A DNA stretch of 64,000 nucleotides from Klebsormidium nitens (lineage: Eukaryota; Plantae; Klebsormidiophyceae), in the NCBI GenBank assembly GCA_000708835.1, contig DF237406.1:1-64000 (forward strand), given 5' to 3'. The position numbers and the translations under genes are program-made. The notes under the pieces were generated by a model. It was not told the DNA's origin. It did no database searches and saw nothing but the letters and a program-made list of their open reading frames with translations. Shown one piece after another: positions 24,767 through 37,000 of this stretch. The stretch's first letter is position 1. Every line of letters begins with the position of its first letter.

Positions 24767-24928
24767 TCACTTCTGTAAAGCCTTGACCTGTTCTCTAAGC
24801 TCTTTGATCTTACCTTCTAGCTCCCTGCGTGCTATCTCCCTCCCGAAGCTGTACCCATAGTACGAGGTCAGAGTTGAAAACACCCCCATCACCGCAAAAT
24901 GCTGCCAAGTGAAGCGGATAGCCGCCAT
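24767..24928 (-). CDS. Intronless 53-aa small protein: N-terminal hydrophobic segment plus C-terminal coiled coil
   Basis: ATG at 24928 (context taaaATGG), TGA at 24767-24769. MAAIRFTWQHFAVMGVFSTLTSYYGYSFGREIARRELEGKIKELREQVKALQK*. Below the 60-aa track cutoff. Intact while its paralog at ~16570-16735 has decayed. Confidence 0.6.
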   Translation of the reverse strand: MAAIRFTWQHFAVMGVFSTLTSYYGYSFGREIARRELEGKIKELREQVKALQK

Positions 24929-25009
24929 TTTATCAGGAAGCAGGAGGGAGCTAGAGGAATGCAGCTTTCTCGAAGAGTGGCACTACCTACATTCCTGTGA
25001 AGTTTAAGT

Positions 25010-25030
25010 GGGTTTGGGGTGGGTTTGGGG
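25010..25030 (+). promoter_or_regulatory. Canonical G-quadruplex-forming motif in the divergent intergenic region
   Basis: gggtttggggtgggtttgggg has four G3+ tracts. It lies between the small-ORF start (24928, -) and the homeodomain/PWWP gene (25664, +). Confidence 0.4.
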
Positions 25031-25663
25031 CGGCTGGTATAGGCAAACCCCTTTTACCCCCGCCTTGCTCCTGTAATCATAACCGTCCGATGAAGGCTGC
25101 GCAGTTTATATACGGTCACAATGTCACCATCTGAGAAACCGGCACCGTGCGGCTATTTCCTGACCTCACCTGTAAAGCCAGAATACCGTACCGTATTTTA
25201 CAAAAGATGGTTAACGCACAAACCTTCTTATGTCTAATTAACGCACAAATCGCATCCTGGCACCAGCAATGTTTGAATGTCCCTTCGCTGTTCAATGATC
25301 TTCAAGCCTCGACTTCGAATGGTTCCAGAAAGTTGAGCGTCTTTTCCACGCAGACAGCAAAAGGTGAAGTCCATATACTGACTTGCTCATTACCCCACTG
25401 GACTCCTTTCTTATTCGAGAGGCGCTCTAAAAATTAGTTACAATATCAGATTGTGCCCCTTTTCGTGCTGGCCTAGGTGGAACAGGCCGATGACATTTGC
25501 ACAGAAATTTCGATGTTGTGATCGTACGTCAACACGAAGCAACCAATGGCTTTGTCGCTTCAAATGGATGGTGTGCTAGCACAGAAGCTGCTGATTAGTG
25601 ATAGAATGCGCAATTAGCTTGATTACTTTCAAGGTGCAGTTCCTCTTCCAGCCCCCTTCCAGC

Positions 25664-28600
25664 ATGTCTCAAAACGTTTCCTGGTCAGAGTACATGTCCC
25701 AAGGTGCGGCCTGGGAAGAAAGCGGGCTGACGAACAACGATTTGGATGCTAGGTTCTCAAGGATTGCGGTGTCACAGCCCCAGCCAAGAAAGCTCTCAGG
25801 GCTTGAGAAGGATTCCCATCTCTTGTCTCAAAATTGGCAGTCAGGAGGGGCTGGCAGAACTGAAGGTGCGCGGGGACTTTGGAACCATTTTTCAAAATCA
25901 GTAGGGGAGCCGCGAAAAGGGAGTGCACAAATCAAGGGCTCGTTGCACTACAGCCAGGCACTGCAGTCTAGAAACGATGAAGGAGGTTGTAGGAGAAGGC
26001 CAGAAGGAACCTCAAATGGACTCGAACAACAAAGAACCGGACAAGCCTTGTCTGGAACGCAGGTGCAAGATGTGCCGAACGGTTCTGGCCAACCTTCGGC
26101 TTCTTCATTCTGGGATAGGATTCGCAAAAGCAGGTCTGCCTCTTCGCAGACAGGGATCCAGAAGCTACCTGGCCAAGAAAAGAAGCTTCGAAAGTCCGTT
26201 ACTTTCCATCTCGCTGTGCATACGCCTTCTGTATCTCAAGAGCCAGGTGCAGAACATGGTGCGAACGAGTTTGAACGATCCAACAATCCACTGCCTCCAC
26301 AGGCTCCTCGAGAAAGAGATCGTCTCTGGCCACAAACAGCTTCCACAACAAAGGAAGGAGATCGTTCTTTAAGTTCCATTGACCAGGGTGCAAGGTCGAA
26401 GATTCCTCCCCTTTCCTGTCTGCGTCCCTCGAAGGCAAACGCTCTCAAGCCTGCAGCCTCCTTAACGTGCAGCACGGAACAGAGAGTAGTTCCTTCACAA
26501 GCCTCCCAGGCTCCGCATGAATCAACTCCCTCCCACGAGAAGACCTGGCTCTCTCAACGCCCTGAGGTTGAAAATCTGAGCAGAACAGGATTTGAAGCAA
26601 GAGCATCGCAGAGAGACCATGAGGGATTGTTCAGTGCTAACGACCTCCTAAGTCAGAAGCTGCCGAGGCAGTCTCAAAGTGTTCTAGCAGCTTCGTTAGC
26701 TTTGAGCCTAGAGTCGTACTTCGAGATGTTCGTTGCTCTGACAGGCAGCGAAGCGTCCCGAGAAGTGAAGATGGTGTCAGGTCTGGACGAGAACCGTTTC
26801 AAGGTGAAGGAACTGCAGCAGGTGAGGCCAATATATAAGCACTCTGCATCAGTTATCCTCCAACGACCGTTGCAAAGCTCGTTTTTCTTGCGCTACAACG
26901 GCCATTGGTCTTACACAAGAGACTTAAAAAAGATTTGCAAGCAGTAAACAAGGTTGCCAAAAACGAATGTCGAAGACGCCTTTGTAAAGCTGCCAGTTGC
27001 AGCCTTGCGGATATTCTATCTCTAATTTGCAAGGTTGTATCAGAAACTTTGCTTTTCAGAGGTATTATTAATTGTTTCTCGAGTCTTGTGCAGATCCTGA
27101 CCGCTCATATGCTGGCCCCGGGAACGCGAAGTAAACGGGTGAGCAACAACTGGAAGTTGCATTGACAGGTCACTTTTACCTGTCTTCTTTGCCTACCGTT
27201 CATGCTAAATTGCACGAAATTTGACGGTTGAGGCGATTGAGAAGCCACCACAGCGTTCTCAGAACCTTTCTAGTTGCCCGACACCAAACCTGCTACAATA
27301 AGATAACCCGTTTGCATACTAAGCTTGCTGTATTGAGATAGTCTATTTACTCTTCGAGACGTTGTTCCCTGCAGGAGACACTGGATCGTATGGTTGGCTT
27401 GCAGCTTTTCTCTCCGTTCATGGAAAGCGAAGGTATGGAAGAGCAGAACTTTCCTTGTCCGAGCGTCGAAGAGCTCCAAAGCGACCTGCGTGCGCTTGGC
27501 TGGTTCGAAGGAGACTTCGAAGAAGTGGAAGACCTTCGCAGAAGCGTTGAGCTTCAATGTAGAGACAGCGCCGGTGAAGGCCTTCAAAATGTACCAGAGG
27601 ATTGTCCAGCCAGATGGAATCGGTTCAAAGACGAAAACGACAGGGCCGAACCGGAAGAGCGCTCAGGCACGGCTGCAGAGCTTGTCCCGCCTGTCCGAAG
27701 CGACAGTACGAGAGCCGCAGATGAAGGAAGCACGCTCGGTTTCGGGCAGGATATAGACTCCTCTGCTCAGATTCAGCCCGGTAGGGGTTCCAAAGAAAGG
27801 CTCTCACAGCAGCAACTAGAGATGCTTGAGAGCGCTCTGGCGTTTGTGGGACCCCAGTATAGACCTTCCAAGGACGCGTATTCAAGTCTTGCGAAGCGGA
27901 CCGGGCTGTCAGCAGAATGCGTCGAAGCGTGGTTTGAGGAGAAGAGGAGGACGGCGATGGAAGAAGGTATGATTTCCAGTTTAGGTTCCTTATCTAGAAA
28001 ACCCGAGCCTCTTCTGAACGATTTTCTGTTACCCTTTCCGTCAAACGTGCCAGATGCTAATTAGGACTCGAGAAAGCGGCTTCCTGACGTTGATCGCAGA
28101 GTGGCTCTAATGGGTGACACCCTAATGAATGGGGCGCATGCACTTTTTCATCTTCCGCACTGCTCTGTCATTGCAGACGGAGCATCAGACGCTCTGGGCA
28201 AGGACAGGCAAGAAGCCTGCGATGAGCGGAAAGCGGACCCCCAGCGGAACAACGGCGGTCAAGCAGATCTTCTCAGCACGGTGACGTCTCTCGAAAGGCG
28301 ACTGACGGACACCAACCTGACCAGCGGTGCCACGTAAGAACATGAAGTTCTGTGTGCCCCAGTTGAATCCAGTTGTGGGAGGCGATAACTTCCTGACATC
28401 GTGAATGCCATTGACGTCTGACATGTACTGTGGAGGACGGAGGTTCCACGAGGAGTTCCAGATTGACATCGTGATCGTGGTTCATTTCAGATTGGTCAGG
28501 AATGTAAGGAGATCGAGGTCCGTTTAAAAGCGTAGGTCGCTGACTGCACGTCGCAGAGGAAACAGTAATGAAAGCTCTTCTTCGATGTTTGCAGGAGTCC

Positions 28601-31600
28601 TTCCAACCTCGACGCTGTATCTTCACACGTTAGGCCTCAACCTGCGCGGCCTGAGGATGTCGGAAGAGGCAGCGGCGGAAACAGAACGGCGGAGCAAGAA
28701 GCTGTGGACTTGAACCTGACTCCGGCGCACGAAGCGTTTTTGGCTGGGGCGTTTGCGCTGATGCCAGTCGATGACGGGACGCTGCCCGAAGCTGCGTGCA
28801 GGTAACGTATAACGAAGTCTAAAAGTATGACCAATTGCGAAGCACTGCTCCGAGAATAGGGTTGAATTGCCTACGAAGGACTAAACAGCTCTTTATCGTG
28901 GTGTCTGAAATCATCAATTTTGCGCTAGTATTCTTTGGCAGGCATCGAGCTTTCAGAATACATTATTTCCCCCTCTAAATCAAAGCCTTTCCAGGTTTCA
29001 TCGAGATATCGGTGACGTGCTATCAGTCTCATACAAGCTGGTAATTGAAGTCCCGGCCTGATTGCTAGATGAAGCCAGTCAGAGAGCCCCTGAGATCTGA
29101 CCATACCTTCCTCTCCCATCAGGTCACTCGCAGCCCGCATCGGCGCCAGCGAAGCTGCGGTCACCTCCTTTTTCCGCCGCTTCAGGTCATCTTCCAAAGA
29201 TATGCAATCAACAAACCCTAAGGCCAGCCCCAAAAATCTTCAAGGACTCAGCCACTCAAGTGCATCGGCGACCGTTCCGCCGAGCGAAGATTCATCTTCA
29301 GCCGCGCAGCAACGGAATCTTGACCAATCGGCGATCGACGAAGCTGCGCAGCGGAAGCTCTTGGAAGAGGAGGCTAGGGCCGTAGAAAGCGGAAGCCTTT
29401 CCGCAAGCCTTAGGACTGTGCTGGAGAACATCAAGAGGTTTGAAGCTGCCGGCACGCAACCGGCCGGCGAGAAAGACGTTCTCAGAGGGAAGGGAAGGAT
29501 CGGTCGCAAGGTCGCGGGAGTGCTCGTGGAGGTGAGCACGAGGAATCGAAGGACTTCCAGTTAACAGATGATTGCGTTAAAAGATTGAAAGGGTTAACGA
29601 GTATGGGGTTAGTGGAGCTTCACCCAACAGCTTTTTCATTCATCACTCGTTGGAAGAAGTAACATTCTTCATTAAATTGACGGCAAAGATCAGGTAGCCT
29701 GTATGGAGACTGGAGTCAGCATCATTTGAACATTCTAAGTGAGGGAGCTATTGTCTTTCAGAAGGTTTTAAGGAGAAAGAGGAGTGCCGAAATCCATCAT
29801 CGTCTTTGAAGGCGTTCTTCTCTACTGTTTGAAAAACATTTGCAAAGCAAATCATGGAAAAAGGGGATTTGTCCTTCTCAACTCCACCCCACATGATCGT
29901 GCACGCACTGTGAAAAGATGCAAAGCAACCTAACCTTTTACATCTCTCCTCCCGCACAGGACTACGAGAGCCCGAACAAGGACGGCACGAGAGACGTTCT
30001 GAGCGCCGGCGTTCACGTGGGGACCATCATCCGATTGGCCGGCGCAGCTCACGATGCAGACCTCTGCGAGCGCAACTGTCTGGTAAGAACTCGATCTTCA
30101 GGTTCTTTATCTCTAAGCTTGTGTCCAGACCGATAGTGAAATGAGTAATTCCACTCAAACAAGGATTCGAAGAAGGATTCCACCCACAGGCGTTGCAATT
30201 CAGCGGTTTCATACAAGATACTGCCCGCTTCCAAACCATATGACCCCATGAGTTCCGGAGATATAGTGAGCTTTGTGCGGTCAAATCAATTCGGCTGACA
30301 GAGAGAAAGATCTCCTACAGATTGTCGGTTATTTTGAGATCATTTCACGTGCCTCATATTCCCACAGTTGTGCGCGATCCTTCGCTTGAGTTTGTTCCCT
30401 GCCTTAGAGTACCGCTCTCGGTTTCTGTACCTAATCGCAGGACACGCACGACTTCTACATCGTTCGCTTCGTGTGCTCCGAGTCTCCCCGTCAGCGAACG
30501 AAGCAGCGGGCGTGCCTGGATCTCAAGATTGATCTGCATCAACGGCTGAGGCTGCTAACGTGGACCGACCTGCGCATAATGACGTTGAAGTAAGAGCAAG
30601 ACGTTCATGCTTTAAAGCAGACTCTCTCAAAGAAGCTTCTGATTAACAGTTGTGTCTGCTAGTGCTTTAGCTTTCATTAAATTCGCCCTTCGGTGATTGG
30701 AAGTTCCAGTCCAGATCGGCGTTCAGGCTTCTCTTACGAGCCCAAAACGAGATCTCAATCTGCAAATGCAAGCACGTGCTCTTGGTTGCTGTGTGTCCAG
30801 CATCGAAACGTTCGCGGAAGGCTACAATTTCCGGGTCTCCTTGTCAACTGAGGGTGATTCGCACCAATCTTTGCTGCTTCGAAGACACCAACCTTCTGCT
30901 TCTCGCAGGCATGTGCGCGCGCTGCCCGACGCCTGGCTTCTGCTCGCCCGCAAAACCCCGCTGCCGCCCCAACCCGGCGCTCCCGCGGCCGCGGCTACAC
31001 CTTCCGTTCAAGTCGAGCCGGAGCCGCTGCTGCGGCCTGACGCGACGCGCGATTCCCCTTTCCTTCAAGGAGCGCGCTCAGGAGCGGATCTCGTCGCGCG
31101 CGCGGTGGCGATAGGGAGCGCGGACGCAACCAACGCGCGCGCCCGATCAGAGCCGGAGCCGTCCGCTCAGGCGACGCGCGAGCTCCTGTCAAGTGCGCGC
31201 GCGGGCGTGGCAGACGAAGCGCGCGCGGAGGTCGAGAGCGCGGCCGGCGCGGGCGCGCGAGCACAAGAAGATACTGAGCCACCGCTAGGTCAGCCGACGC
31301 TCACTATGTTGGTAGCTCGTGCCGATGCGCGCGCGTACGCGCAAGGCGGAGCGCAATCGCCGGCGGGATCGGGGGCGGCCGCGCTGGAAGCGCGTCAGAA
31401 CATGAGATGGGGCGATGCGTCAGAGGATGGGAAGGCAACGGAGAAAGCAAACGTTTGGAAGGGAAGGGGAAAGCAGACTGTTCTGTTGAACAGCAAGAAG
31501 CCTGAGTTGGTAAAGAAGCCCCCAGCGAGAGCCCCCGCCGATCCTTTCGCTTTCACCGACCAGTTGCTTCGGGGCGTCGAAGAAAGCGAAAGTGCCCGGG

Positions 31601-33162
31601 ATAGGATTAAACCGGCCGCAATCGAGGGGATCCCAGGTCCCGAAGTAATCACCGGCGTGTCGGCTCTGCTCCTGGCTCAGGCAAAGGAACGAGAAGCAGA
31701 GTCACACCTCGCCAGAATGACGTCAGAAAGCTGCCACGATGCGTCAGCAATCGACGCGGCTGACGCAATGGTGGAGGACATCGTGACGCAACTAGGGGTG
31801 GACAGCACCGAGCCGGAAAGCCAGAGAGTTTTTGTGCCCGGTTCGCCTCCCCCGATCCCTCCACCGGCTGCCGTTACCTGGGGATGGCGGTCGGTTATGC
31901 GTAACCCGGTCGGTAAAGAGCTGACGAGCAAGGCGCCTGGACGACACTTGGAGACGGCTGAAAAGGACGCAACGGTGTTTCAGATGCAGATGGCGTCCTC
32001 AGAGCCTGTCGTTACCACTGCAGCGTCGCCGGAACTCCAATCAGCGCCTCATAATGAACCGCAGAGAGCGTCACGCTTTGAGGAGAAGCAGCCAGAGTCT
32101 CTTGATGACCAGAGTCGCCCCTTTCCCAACCCGCCGGAAAGATCCGCTGAAGACCAGCACGGAACGGACGGAATCTCTGGTCCGGAAAGGAAGAGAAAGG
32201 CTGAGGACGGAAGGCCGCTCGATCCGCAGAACGGATGGGGAGAGAGGAGAGCCAGGTCAGGTTCCGTCGCGGAAAAGAGCGGAAGCGGAAGGAGCGGTGC
32301 GGAAGACGTCGTTTGGGTCAGGAGCGGGGGTTCTTGGTGGCCTGCGCAGGTGACAATTTGAAAGTTGCTGAAAGATTGTTACACACGTTGTGCGCTTCCG
32401 CTGCCATTGCCAAAAGAGAGCGGCCTTCATTCTGAATCATGCATTTGTGAGAGAATTGCGCAAAAAAATAAAGGGCAGATTCACGGTCTTGCTTTTTAGA
32501 TATCTGAAGACCTGGTCCATCCTAAAGGCATGATTCGATATGATGCTGAAACCTGAGGTTGACATTAGCAAATGAAAAGTTCCTCTCTTTCAGGTGATAA
32601 CTCAAGAGTCGTTGAGCTACAAAGAGCGGCAGAAGCTGTCGGCCACGAGCGGCGACCCGCTGGTTCGACTGTTTGGGAAGCAACCATTGACGTGAGTCCC
32701 TATGCAGACACTTTGGCTCTCCTTGCGTAAATTCCTTACATTCTAGGGTAATCAGCTATAATTTCCATTCGGCAAGGCAACTTCTGATGCGAAACGGTGC
32801 GCAGATAATGAGGTTCTCCTTACAGTTATCAAATCTGTACCATGTTCAGCGCCAGTGGTACAAGCGGAAGAGTAGCTCTGTAATAATCGACTCGCAACAC
32901 GTCCGCAGTTCGGGTGGACAATGTTGTCAATGCAGAATGCTATTCAACCAGCCTGTTTACTTAAGATTGATAACAGAACCGCCGCTCAGTTGTCTTTGGA
33001 CTAGCGGCCCCAAATGATGCTGACCCGTAAGCACTCTTCCTATGCAGTTTGTCGATGCCGGCAAGCAGAACGCTCCCCTTCCGGCAGCATATGAAACGGT
33101 TCACGTCAGGTCGCCACTCTTTCGACTTCCATGAAGCAGTCCAGCTTGCAAGCGAAGCGTAA
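25664..33162 (+). CDS. Large putative chromatin protein: homeodomain + degenerate homeodomain + Tudor-like domain + C-terminal PWWP, 10 exons, ~1459 aa
   Basis: join(25664..26821,27405..27966,28177..28333,28634..28801,29123..29531,29960..30082,30441..30589,30909..32349,32594..32691,33048..33162); phases consistent, start codon uncertain. HD: LSQQQLEMLESALA..RPSKDAYSSLAKRTGLSAECVEAWFEEKRR. HD-like: LTPAHEAFLAGAF..ACRSLAARIGASEAAVTSFFRRFR. PWWP: VVWVRSGGSWWPAQVI..LVRLFG..LPF..FHEAVQLA. Confidence 0.75.
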
Positions 33163-34043
33163 ATGTTGGTGAACGAACCTTGACAAGCTAACAAGCCACA
33201 TCATTATGCATCTTACATGTGCTTCAGAGTAAGGATTAGGCGTCGGAGAATCGCCCTGGGTATTCACTCAACTGGCCGCATTGTCCTAGGTTCGCCCTTT
33301 GACGCATGCATTAAAAAGCTCAGTTCGTTTGTTCGTTTCCAGATTGGAAAACCGAATACCGTATTGTTGAATGAAATTAATGTTTACAGTATTGTTGCAA
33401 GTAAGCGGAGAGTTAAGTATGTCCGGCCGGCCTCACACACGTCGAACAACCATTGATTCAAGGTTCCGGCGCCGGGTCAGGGCTCATGGAAATGAGGGCA
33501 CTCATGCAGCCTATCATTAGTCGTTGAAGGTCGGCGGCCGGCCCAAACTTGAAACTTCACCTACTCTGCCACACATATTATAGCATGCGCATGATAAGCC
33601 GCTTGAGCCATTATAAGGTCTCTTTAACTTAAGCCTTTGTGATCATCTGTGTGATTACGGCCCACACTTGCAACCTCATGAAGCGCGCCGTTAACGGCTC
33701 AATGAGCTTTTTACTTTTGGGAAAGTGCGCGGCGCAGCAACTGGTGGCACGCGTTGAATTAAGAGATATCCATGACGTGTATGCGAAAGAACAGACATCC
33801 GAGGGTCGGTATAGTCGACTCCATTTGAATCACTGCATCTTCATTCAAAGCATTGCTTCACATGCACATGCAAGGTGAGAGACCGTTCCATGCAAAGGCT
33901 GAAACGGAAACTGGTAACATTACCACGCAAGTATGATCATTCGCGTCGTTAAGGACGTGTTCGACAATGTATGTTGCTAGTGGATAATATATATACACGC
34001 TCGGACGGCCGCGCTTCGAAAACGCCACTGTTCCGTCCATAAG

Positions 34044-37000
34044 TTAGTTACTGGATATGCTGAAACCCCCTCCCGTGAACCTCGGTTGTTGCATGCTGCG
34101 CAACAGGGCCTGCTTTACGGCTGCGTCTGACCCGTCGAGAGACTTGCTCTTCTCTCGCTCTGCCTGCTCCCGCTTCTTCGCCTCGTAGTACTTCTTCTTT
34201 ATTGACTCGAGCTCCCGCGTCAGCCGCTCGATCTCGTACTTGTACTCGTTTACTTGGGCCTGTAGGACAAGGAAAAAAAGAGATAAGAGTTTGACTCAGA
34301 GGTTGACTTGCATTGGTTCAAGCAAGGCGTTCACCTTTTTTCTGACTTCTGGGTTTGGCTCGCTGCCTCGCCACCAGTACTCAAAAAGTTGGGCAAGGTG
34401 CGCCCAATTGAAGAGTAGTGACGTGACTGCTTGTGATGATTTGCGTTTTGCAGCTACTATATAAAAGTCTGCTTTGAGAAGCAAGGTGGAGGTCGCAATC
34501 GACCGCAGAGAGCAGAAAGGATGGGCGTGTCCAATCCAGCATCCCGACTATCCTCGGAGGACGAGTCGACCGCACGCAAATTAACAAAAAGGCTGACACA
34601 ATCTCCCAATACATTCGACTTTGTTCGGTCCTGTGCAAAAATTCAGATGTTTCGACAGTTGCCGCGTTTTGATTTACAATCTAGTGCCCACGGCCGTTAA
34701 CACATCGGTGCATTTATGCATTTGAATATTTTCAGGCAGCCATATCCTCCGTCCCAGCTAGCAGAAAGTCACCTTTCGAACGGAAGCACAAAAATGAAAG
34801 GCTCTGCATCATACCAGTGTTTCTGGTACACCTACCTGGTACATGTTGAGCTCTGCCGCCATGGCCTTCATCTGTTTCGTCTTCTCCCGCAGGTTGCCCT
34901 GATACACGCTCAGCTGATCCGCGACTTCCGGCCCGGGCTGCCGCGCCAGAATGTTCTTCAGCTCGATGTACAGCTTCTCCTTCTCCTGGATCAGCAGGTC
35001 TTTCTCCACCGCCTGCGAAGTTTGGGCCAATCGATTTTCGCGTAAGCACAATGTATGTTGCGCTGATATATCATTGCAGAATGTGCCCCTCGGTAGGGCG
35101 AGTTGGTCCTTGTAAAGAGAAGATGACGAGCACGTTTCTCCTCCTCCTTCAACAGCAGGTCCCTCGACGGCCTTCAAAATCAATTCTAGTTGAGGATAGC
35201 TCAGGAGTGGAGATACATTTCCTGCGTCTTCCAAATGCGGCTTGTATAGCACACCAAGATTACGTCCACCTTCATTGGTGGTTCACCTTCAGCCGTCTCC
35301 AACAAAGCGTATACTTGAACAAAGTAGCGGACGTTCATGCTTTCGGAATCCGTCTAAGGTCTCACCTCTTCCGTCTTTGAGATGAGCCGCTTCTGCAGCA
35401 TTTGGATCTTCTGGATCATCTCGAACGTCTCCGGCTCGCTGCCCTCTAGTTTTCGCCACCGGTGCACGTTCAGCGGGTTCTCCAGCTCCTCGGAGAGCGC
35501 TTTCACCTGCAAACAAGCGGACGGAGAACTCTCAGACCAATTCGAAGCTTCATAACTTGAGGGGGCGCTCCTGAAAGCGGGTTACATGAAGCAGCAGGGA
35601 CGGGATTCTGTATTTTGGACCTCACAATCCTTTTTTCAAAACGGACCGGTCCTCCTTCAAACTGTTCCTCTGATGCTGGAAAATTCCATAACTGCCTGCA
35701 AAGCGCTCCCCGAATAACCAGCCTTACCGCACGCGGAGAGTTGCGCTGCATGCGATTGAGATAGGACACCCTTGTAAGATTGCGTCTGTTTGGAGTTAAG
35801 AATAAAAGACACTTTCTGGTTAAATCACCCATATCATAGGCGCGCTAAGATGTTTTACCTCTGTCCACTCTTGTAGAAGCATTATTCTCCAAGATGGGGT
35901 ACCTTCCTCTTCAGAGCGTCGATGAATTGCACTCAGTGCAACAAAATTCACAAAGCATAGGTGACATGATGTCCTTACCATAGACCTTCTACAGTCTTAC
36001 CTTCATCCGCTCCAACAGCAGCTTCCTCCCGAGATACTGTAACTCTCTCATCGGGAAGTTCAAAGTTTTCATTGAAAGCGAAATGACGACTATTTTAAAG
36101 ACTCGTTGGGAAGGCATAAGCCGCCTATGATATGCGCTGAGATTACTAACCTTCGTTCGTTCTTGTAGAAGCTCCCTCCCTAGATGATGAACCTCCCTCT
36201 TCAATACGTCGATGTTTTGTACCGAGTGCAAAAGAATGCCCAGTTCCCGCTTCAGGTCTTGCAGCTTGATCTTCAGAACCCGGATCTCGTTCAACCGGTC
36301 GCGATACTGGATATGGCCCTTGGTCAGAGTTGACTGCTGGATCTTGATCTTCTCGTACAGCAGAGCGAGCTCGTCGTTCCGCCGGATCAACTGGCGAGAG
36401 CGGAAAAGAGAGGGGTGGTAAATATCCTTTCGTGGCAATACGGTAGAGTTTTGATTGTTGGTAGCGGTTGTGGTATCGGAAGTGGCCCTTGGTAAATGCT
36501 GAATCTTAATCTTCTGGTACAAAAGAGTGAGCTCTTCGTTCCGCCGGATCAGCTCTGGACAACGGAATAGGGGGGAAGTTTTGTCTTACGGAATGAAAAC
36601 AAGTTTTGACTGTGCTTTTGTGACTGCATTACGGGCTGATGCTCTCGGTCAAATTTGACTGCGAATTTCAATCACCTTGTACAGAGGCGTGAGATCGTCG
36701 TTCCGCCGGATCGATGCCAACGAGCGGAATGGAATGGAGAGAAACTTTGGACAGAATTCACCGCATGAGAGGGGGATTTCTGCTACTTTCCGGTTAGTCT
36801 ATCGCGGCACTGATATGACTTTTGATTAGCGTGTTCTTCAGAGTACTGGTTCTCTGTATAGAAGGCGGAGGTTTTCGCTGGATCGTTTTCACGCAAAGTT
36901 TGTTCTCGCGAGAACAGCGGAACACAGATTCGATCAGTCGCGGGCAGACTTCTTGCTGACGTCAATCCTCACCTGCGTCCCCAGGATGTCCCTCTCGTTG

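Noticed and set aside
25008-25032. Telomere-like repeat
   Set aside because: Lacks the A of TTTAGGG-type units and has only two periods; treated as a G4 motif instead.
25598-25663. 5' extension of the 449-aa track ORF
   Set aside because: Starts at a non-ATG codon and crosses a likely acceptor (ttcctcttccag); probably intron or 5' UTR.
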